Shown: piece by piece, positions 59,062 to 64,000 of the stretch
Numbering within the stretch: position 1 is the first letter of the stretch
How the letters are laid out: every line of letters begins with the position of its first letter
Source of the DNA: a bacterium
GTDB lineage: Bacteria; UBA8248
Direction of reading: 5' to 3'
Assembly (NCBI GenBank): GCA_965202625.1
Contig: CBDBBI010000010.1
Span: 704,001-768,000, forward strand
DNA length: 64,000 nt
Notes under the pieces: model-generated
Told to the model about the DNA's origin: nothing
What the model saw: only the letters and a program-made list of their open reading frames with translations
Databases searched by the model: none
Made by a program: the position numbers and the translations under genes

Positions 59062-60786
59062 TCAGCGGAGCGCCATGACGCGCAGAGCCTCCCGTTGCCG
59101 CTTCGCTTTTTTCTCGTCGCCTATCCTCTCATAGTGCGCCAACAAGCGCTGATGAGCCAGTTGAATAAACGGGTTGATCTCCAACACTTCCTCCCACGCC
59201 CTGAGCGCGCGATTCGGCTTTTGGCCCATCTCGCTCGCCAGCGCTTGATGCACGTATGTCATCGCGTAGTCCGGGTCCACCTCGAGTGCTTTTCGAATAT
59301 GCCGCTCTGCCTGTGAGATCATGCCAAGACGTATCTCGACCTGGGCCGCGCGATTGAGCAGGGGCTGGGAGTCCGGTTCATCGCGCAGCGCACGGCGATA
59401 CTCAACCAAGGCCGCTCTCATTCTCCCGCGAAACGAGAGCCTGTCGCCCAACCTCATGCGCCTTCTGGCCACGGCGCTCCTAAGTGCCGCCAAATCCAGC
59501 GTCCGCTCACTCATCGGCCCCTTGGGCTTCAACTTCGGCTGAGAAATCCGCACTCCTGAGAATGAGCGAAGAGGGAGTTTTCTGAGATGTGCTCTCCACA
59601 TTTTCTCAAATCCATTCAAATCGACTCCGGCGAGAATCCGCAGGCCAGGCTCGGCGCTCTGAGGCGGACCCGTACCCTCTAATTCAACGAGACTCGCATG
59701 CCTTTGCAAACGCGCACTGGCACCCATTTTCTTCTGAAGGTTTGATGCTTCCCCTGATTTTTGCGGGGAGGACGCGTTTCGGATACCCGCCAACAATCGA
59801 ACGAGTGCGCGCGCGCCCATCTTTCGGTGGATGAAATCAGCGGCGGAAGCCGCTTCCGCGTAAGCTAATTGCACGTCTTGCGGCGTATCCAGATAGATGA
59901 GGCTCGGTTCCATCCTCTTGAATGTAATATAGCTGCCCGCTTCTCTCGCTTTATACAACAAGGCTTCCTCGCCCGGGTGAAGATAGTCCCGCTCATCATC
60001 TCGCCATTTTTTCTCCAAATACTTGGCGATTCCCTCATGGAGCCAGATAGGAGCGCGATTCCTCGTGGCTCGCACGATGAGATAATGGACGTATTCATGC
60101 GCCGCAGTGTCGAGCCAGCGATAGCCCCGCAGGAGCGCGCCGGGCGATAAAAGCATCAGTTTGTTGAACTTGGAGACCCCGACTGCTCCCTTCTCCTCAA
60201 TGTCTCGCCTCGATAAAGTGGAGGATTTATGAAAACGGCTCGAATCCGAGAAAAGCTCCACCCGAATCCGCTCTTTGGGCCTTACGCCCAACGTTTCTCC
60301 ATACCGCGCATACGCTTTCTCAAGGGTATCACCCAGATAGGGGAGAAGAATGGCGTCTTCTCCCGGTTCGTACCAGATGTCGAAATGCGTCGTTTTATAC
60401 GCTTCAAACCCTTTAACAGCCGCTTGCGTCTGACGCACATGAAGCCTAAGCTCGAGCCATTCTCCATCGCCTGGTCTTTTTTGGAGCGCCGCGTTGAGGT
60501 GGGCAAGGGACTCAGAAAACCTGCCCTCCAGATAATCCACTGCCCCAGAGAGGGCCCGCCATTCAGCAAGCCCGGGGGATTCACGGCTAAGCAATTCCAC
60601 TTTATTCCTGGCGGCTTTCAGGTTCCACATCCGAAGCGCATCCACCGCCTCGCTATAGCCGTCCGGCCGCTTCACGTCCAGCGACGGTGGCACCACGCGA
60701 TTGACGGTGTGCGCTATCGCTAACGGAGCAAGCGCGAACGCAAAGAAAAGGGAGATGAGAAGAAAAAACGCTTTTTTCAACATCAT
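59062..60786 (-). CDS. Secreted TPR protein with peptidase MA-like HEXXH domain
   Basis: Signal peptide, TPR repeats, HEYVH...PIWLHEGIA. Confidence 0.8.
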   Translation of the reverse strand: MMLKKAFFLLISLFFAFALAPLAIAHTVNRVVPPSLDVKRPDGYSEAVDALRMWNLKAARNKVELLSRESPGLAEWRALSGAVDYLEGRFSESLAHLNAALQKRPGDGEWLELRLHVRQTQAAVKGFEAYKTTHFDIWYEPGEDAILLPYLGDTLEKAYARYGETLGVRPKERIRVELFSDSSRFHKSSTLSRRDIEEKGAVGVSKFNKLMLLSPGALLRGYRWLDTAAHEYVHYLIVRATRNRAPIWLHEGIAKYLEKKWRDDERDYLHPGEEALLYKAREAGSYITFKRMEPSLIYLDTPQDVQLAYAEAASAADFIHRKMGARALVRLLAGIRNASSPQKSGEASNLQKKMGASARLQRHASLVELEGTGPPQSAEPGLRILAGVDLNGFEKMWRAHLRKLPLRSFSGVRISQPKLKPKGPMSERTLDLAALRSAVARRRMRLGDRLSFRGRMRAALVEYRRALRDEPDSQPLLNRAAQVEIRLGMISQAERHIRKALEVDPDYAMTYVHQALASEMGQKPNRALRAWEEVLEINPFIQLAHQRLLAHYERIGDEKKAKRQREALRVMALR

Positions 60787-63700
60787 TTGGTGAGCTTATC
60801 GAAATAGTCTTCAATTTCGCCCCGCATCGCGCTCGGCAGGCCGTCTTTCATCGCTTCCATGATCTCTTCCCTGAACTTGGCCGGCACCTTGTATTGCTCC
60901 CTGTCGGGTATCAGCACCTCGCTGAACTGGGTGCCGAGGGAACCGTCCTCCTTTCGGCTTCTCCGCTCAGAACCCCGCTGTTGGGGAAAATTTGGATTTC
61001 TCGACCACCAAGGCCGACCCCCGCCCATACCCGGACGAAAGGCGCCGAACCCCCTTGGCGTCCCCAGTCCCACGCTACCCCGCTGGGCCATCTGCTGCAT
61101 GGCTTGCTGCATGGAGTTCTGCCCCTGGGTGAGTTTGCGTATCGCCTCTTCCTCTGGGAGAACCGCGTGGGATGGACTCCGCTTCTCTAAGAATGCGGCG
61201 GCTTGTTCCATCGCCTTGCCCGCTTCCGCGATTCTCCTCAAGATACTGGGGTTGATGAACGGATAAATCTGCATCATCTGACGCAACTGCCGCTCAAAAG
61301 CCGACAATCGCTTGTGCAGGGACTCTTGTCTGAAGCGCAAGCCGTCCAGTTTGGCGATTTCCGCACCGCCCGAATGTTTTTCGGATTGCTTCAAAAGTCG
61401 CTCCAGATTCTCGGCTACCTTCGACCAGGGCGCGACCCCGGCTCCTTCCTCACCCCTCGCCGCCTCTCGCGCCCCCCCCCTTTTCTTCGTTCCACGGGCA
61501 GAATCAACGCAGGGCGATTCCGAAAGCGTTGCCCTCCATTCCGGCAACCTTTGGAAAATGATCCCCCATTCCCCCCTTTTCAGCAGAGCGTCAAGTTCGG
61601 ATAGCGTCCGCATCCTCTCACGTTGCATTTTCTCGGTGCGCATTTGAGGAGGTGGTTCTGGCTGTTCCACACTAGGCCGCGACGCTCCTTGCACGGGAGT
61701 GGCGGATTCAGCCCTTCCCACAGGTTCGGCTCTCGACAAACAATCGGATTTAAGCGGCTTTTTCTGCATCTCGTCGCTTTTGCTCCAAGCCGATCTGGCG
61801 ATTCCCGCCACGACGGCCACCTCCTGCGGCCATTTCTCCTTGAGCCGATCCACAACATTTTCGAAAACTCCCACCGTCTCACCTAGTATAGCTTGCTGCT
61901 CCTCCACGATGGAGGCCAGCTCGCTTTGTCGACGCCGGATGGGGCTGCCACCGCGCTGGCTCATCATCTGCTGGCGCTGGATGCCTCGCAACGCTAGACG
62001 CATTCTCTGCAATTGACTCATCAAACGTCTGAGCTGCTCCAACGCGCCTTCAAAATTGTTCTCGCGCATCATCTGGCGCACCTGCTCCAGGGAGCGCATC
62101 ATGTTGCGCATAGGCATCTCCCGCATACTGCGCTGGTTCATGAACTCGGCGGGCATCCGCTGGGCTAATGAAGCCATCTGCCGCATCAGCTTCCTCAACT
62201 CTTCTCTCAGTTTTTGCAGCTCCTTCTCCACGCGCCCGATCGCCTCTTTGTCCGCGCCCAACTTCCGCATCTTCTCCAAAGCGCGCTCAATAGCCCTTTG
62301 TCTCTGGATCATCGACTCCGCCGCGCGGCCCGCCCTGTCCACCCGAACGTTGCGTTGAATCTCCTCACCCATCGTGGCGAGGCGTTCGAGGGTTTCCGTC
62401 GCCTCCTCTTGTCGAGCGGCCATCTCGCGCGTCAACCTCTCTTTTTCCTCTTTTGCGTCTCCACTCAATTTCGATAGTCTCGTCAGCGGTTTCAGGTATC
62501 GCGAAATCGCGTCTTTCAGTTGTCGCTCCAGGGTGGATAAATCCATATCCGCCAGCGTTTCTCGCGGATTCTTGGGTTTGAGCTTCATCCGAGCCAGTTT
62601 AATTCGCTCCAAAATTTCGTTCGCTTTCTCCTCGACCGCTCCGTCTCCCCTGGTGGTTTTCGCGGACTCCGCCCCCACTTCTCGCTTGCCTTGAGGCGGA
62701 AGATCCATTTCCAGGTAATCACCCAACAAATCCAGGAGATCGTCCGAGATTTTGCCCATCGCCTTATCCAGCCCAGCCATCACGGCTTCTCTATCGCGGA
62801 TTCTCAGCCGGTACGTTTTACTGGCACCCATTTTGGGGCCGCTCACCGTATCCACATCATGAGCGATGAAACGATAAGAGAGGACGCTCCCTAGTCGGAC
62901 ACCCATGGCCCTAAGATCAAATTCATAGCGCCCATCGGCCCTTTGTTGGGGTGTTTCACCGCCCCACACCTTGATTCTCTTGGCGCGTCTCCCCCCAAGT
63001 CCGATTTCGAGATAAACGTTTCTCAGACCGAAATCATCGGACGCTCGCCACACCACGGCCACTTGCGCATCCACTTCTACCGCGAGGTCCTTGGCTGGTT
63101 GCGTCACCATCACCTGGGGGTGGACATCCGGGATGATGTCAATTCGATAACGCCGGGGTACCAGACTGGAAAATCCATGTGCATCTTTCAAACGAACCTG
63201 ATAAGAACCCGCGCCGCCCAAGATGATCTTTCCGCTCAACAAATTGCCCTCAGCAGGCTTCAGCGGCAATCGCCAACCATCGGCTAGGGAGATGAGCGCC
63301 TCCTGGACAGGCTTGTTCGTTTTTACCGCCAAACGAATTTCCGAACCCATGTAGGCTCGAATATGCCCCCCATTTTTGCCCGGAGCGGGTTTGAGTTTCG
63401 TATGCTCCGGGGGGTATTGAACCACCTCGATCGATTCCACCCTGGGCGGCGTAGCCACATGAATATCGATCGTCCGGGAGCGAAACCGTCCAGCGCGCGC
63501 CGTTACGCGCGCATCTGCTCTGACTCCTGACCAACGCCCGCGAAAATGGCGAGCGGTTATTTTTTCCATGCCGATCACTCCGGTGGACGCGGAACCCTGG
63601 CGGATTTCCAATTCCACTGCATCCGTCTCTCGTCCCATGGTACTCACGTCAAACGTGATGGGCATTCCGGGCAGAACCGTCGTGCGGCTCGCCTGAACCG

Positions 63701-64000
63701 TCAAATGCGTGATGCGAGAGGGCGTGAGATCCCCCGCATTCGCCAAAAGATAGCCCGCGCGCGGATATAGCCCCGGCCAGATCAAAGCCATGAGAACCAC
63801 GGCGACAGCCAATGCACCGGCGATCCGCCTAAGGTTTTGCAAACCGACGCGAGAGACATACGCATCCGGCGGAAGCGCCTCCACCTCTCGACTGGTGTCA
63901 TTCACCAAGGCGTCGATGAGCGCCGGCGAAGTGGGATCGTCATCGCCGAGATCGCCTTTGCACGGAAAAAGCTGGAGCGAACTGATGAGGTTGCTGCCCA
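60783..64000 (-). CDS. DUF4175-like membrane-anchored coiled-coil protein (5' end outside window)
   Basis: TM segment, Ig-like region with PD--P-V and DDFGL, long Q/M/E/R-rich coiled coil, C-terminal FREEIMEAMK...YF. The frame is open to the window end. Confidence 0.75.
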   Translation of the reverse strand, partial: GSNLISSLQLFPCKGDLGDDDPTSPALIDALVNDTSREVEALPPDAYVSRVGLQNLRRIAGALAVAVVLMALIWPGLYPRAGYLLANAGDLTPSRITHLTVQASRTTVLPGMPITFDVSTMGRETDAVELEIRQGSASTGVIGMEKITARHFRGRWSGVRADARVTARAGRFRSRTIDIHVATPPRVESIEVVQYPPEHTKLKPAPGKNGGHIRAYMGSEIRLAVKTNKPVQEALISLADGWRLPLKPAEGNLLSGKIILGGAGSYQVRLKDAHGFSSLVPRRYRIDIIPDVHPQVMVTQPAKDLAVEVDAQVAVVWRASDDFGLRNVYLEIGLGGRRAKRIKVWGGETPQQRADGRYEFDLRAMGVRLGSVLSYRFIAHDVDTVSGPKMGASKTYRLRIRDREAVMAGLDKAMGKISDDLLDLLGDYLEMDLPPQGKREVGAESAKTTRGDGAVEEKANEILERIKLARMKLKPKNPRETLADMDLSTLERQLKDAISRYLKPLTRLSKLSGDAKEEKERLTREMAARQEEATETLERLATMGEEIQRNVRVDRAGRAAESMIQRQRAIERALEKMRKLGADKEAIGRVEKELQKLREELRKLMRQMASLAQRMPAEFMNQRSMREMPMRNMMRSLEQVRQMMRENNFEGALEQLRRLMSQLQRMRLALRGIQRQQMMSQRGGSPIRRRQSELASIVEEQQAILGETVGVFENVVDRLKEKWPQEVAVVAGIARSAWSKSDEMQKKPLKSDCLSRAEPVGRAESATPVQGASRPSVEQPEPPPQMRTEKMQRERMRTLSELDALLKRGEWGIIFQRLPEWRATLSESPCVDSARGTKKRGGAREAARGEEGAGVAPWSKVAENLERLLKQSEKHSGGAEIAKLDGLRFRQESLHKRLSAFERQLRQMMQIYPFINPSILRRIAEAGKAMEQAAAFLEKRSPSHAVLPEEEAIRKLTQGQNSMQQAMQQMAQRGSVGLGTPRGFGAFRPGMGGGRPWWSRNPNFPQQRGSERRSRKEDGSLGTQFSEVLIPDREQYKVPAKFREEIMEAMKDGLPSAMRGEIEDYFDKLTK

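Overview
A GC-rich (~60%) bacterial chromosomal window with about 57 protein genes. I saw no rRNA, tRNA, CRISPR array or intact mobile element. Housekeeping blocks: a CoxD/CoxE-like MoxR-vWA pair, a GlnR-like regulator with glnA, an acyl-CoA/MeaB cluster, ccsA-hemA-hemC-hemD-hemB, pyrD-pyrK, a ClC antiporter, plsC, a DcaP-type porin and a second MoxR-DUF58-BatA operon. An accessory catabolic region spans about 29-54.5 kb. Strongest signal: the tandem-domain rhodanese at 33729 does not end at the TGA called by the ORF track. That TGA occupies the catalytic Cys position (Y-U-Q-T-G-Y-R), the frame continues through the conserved C-terminus to 34592, and a bacterial SECIS-like hairpin follows the UGA. 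It is therefore a probable selenocysteine sulfurtransferase. It sits divergent from a molybdenum hydroxylase that lacks a local 2Fe-2S subunit, and upstream of a TauT-like ABC importer. Second highlight: a co-directional run of genes (54519 down to 41530) combining the two Tm-1-like domains, an SdhA/NadB-like flavoprotein with an altered active site, UbiX without UbiD, an AtzG/GatC-like micro-protein, a split FdrA, an amidase and a TAXI-TRAP transporter, suggesting an uncharacterised catabolic pathway. Also noted: a decayed restriction-modification locus, an SDR remnant, a dispersed REP-like palindrome family and a possible ATC start codon. All family calls come from motif recognition by eye; no database search was run.
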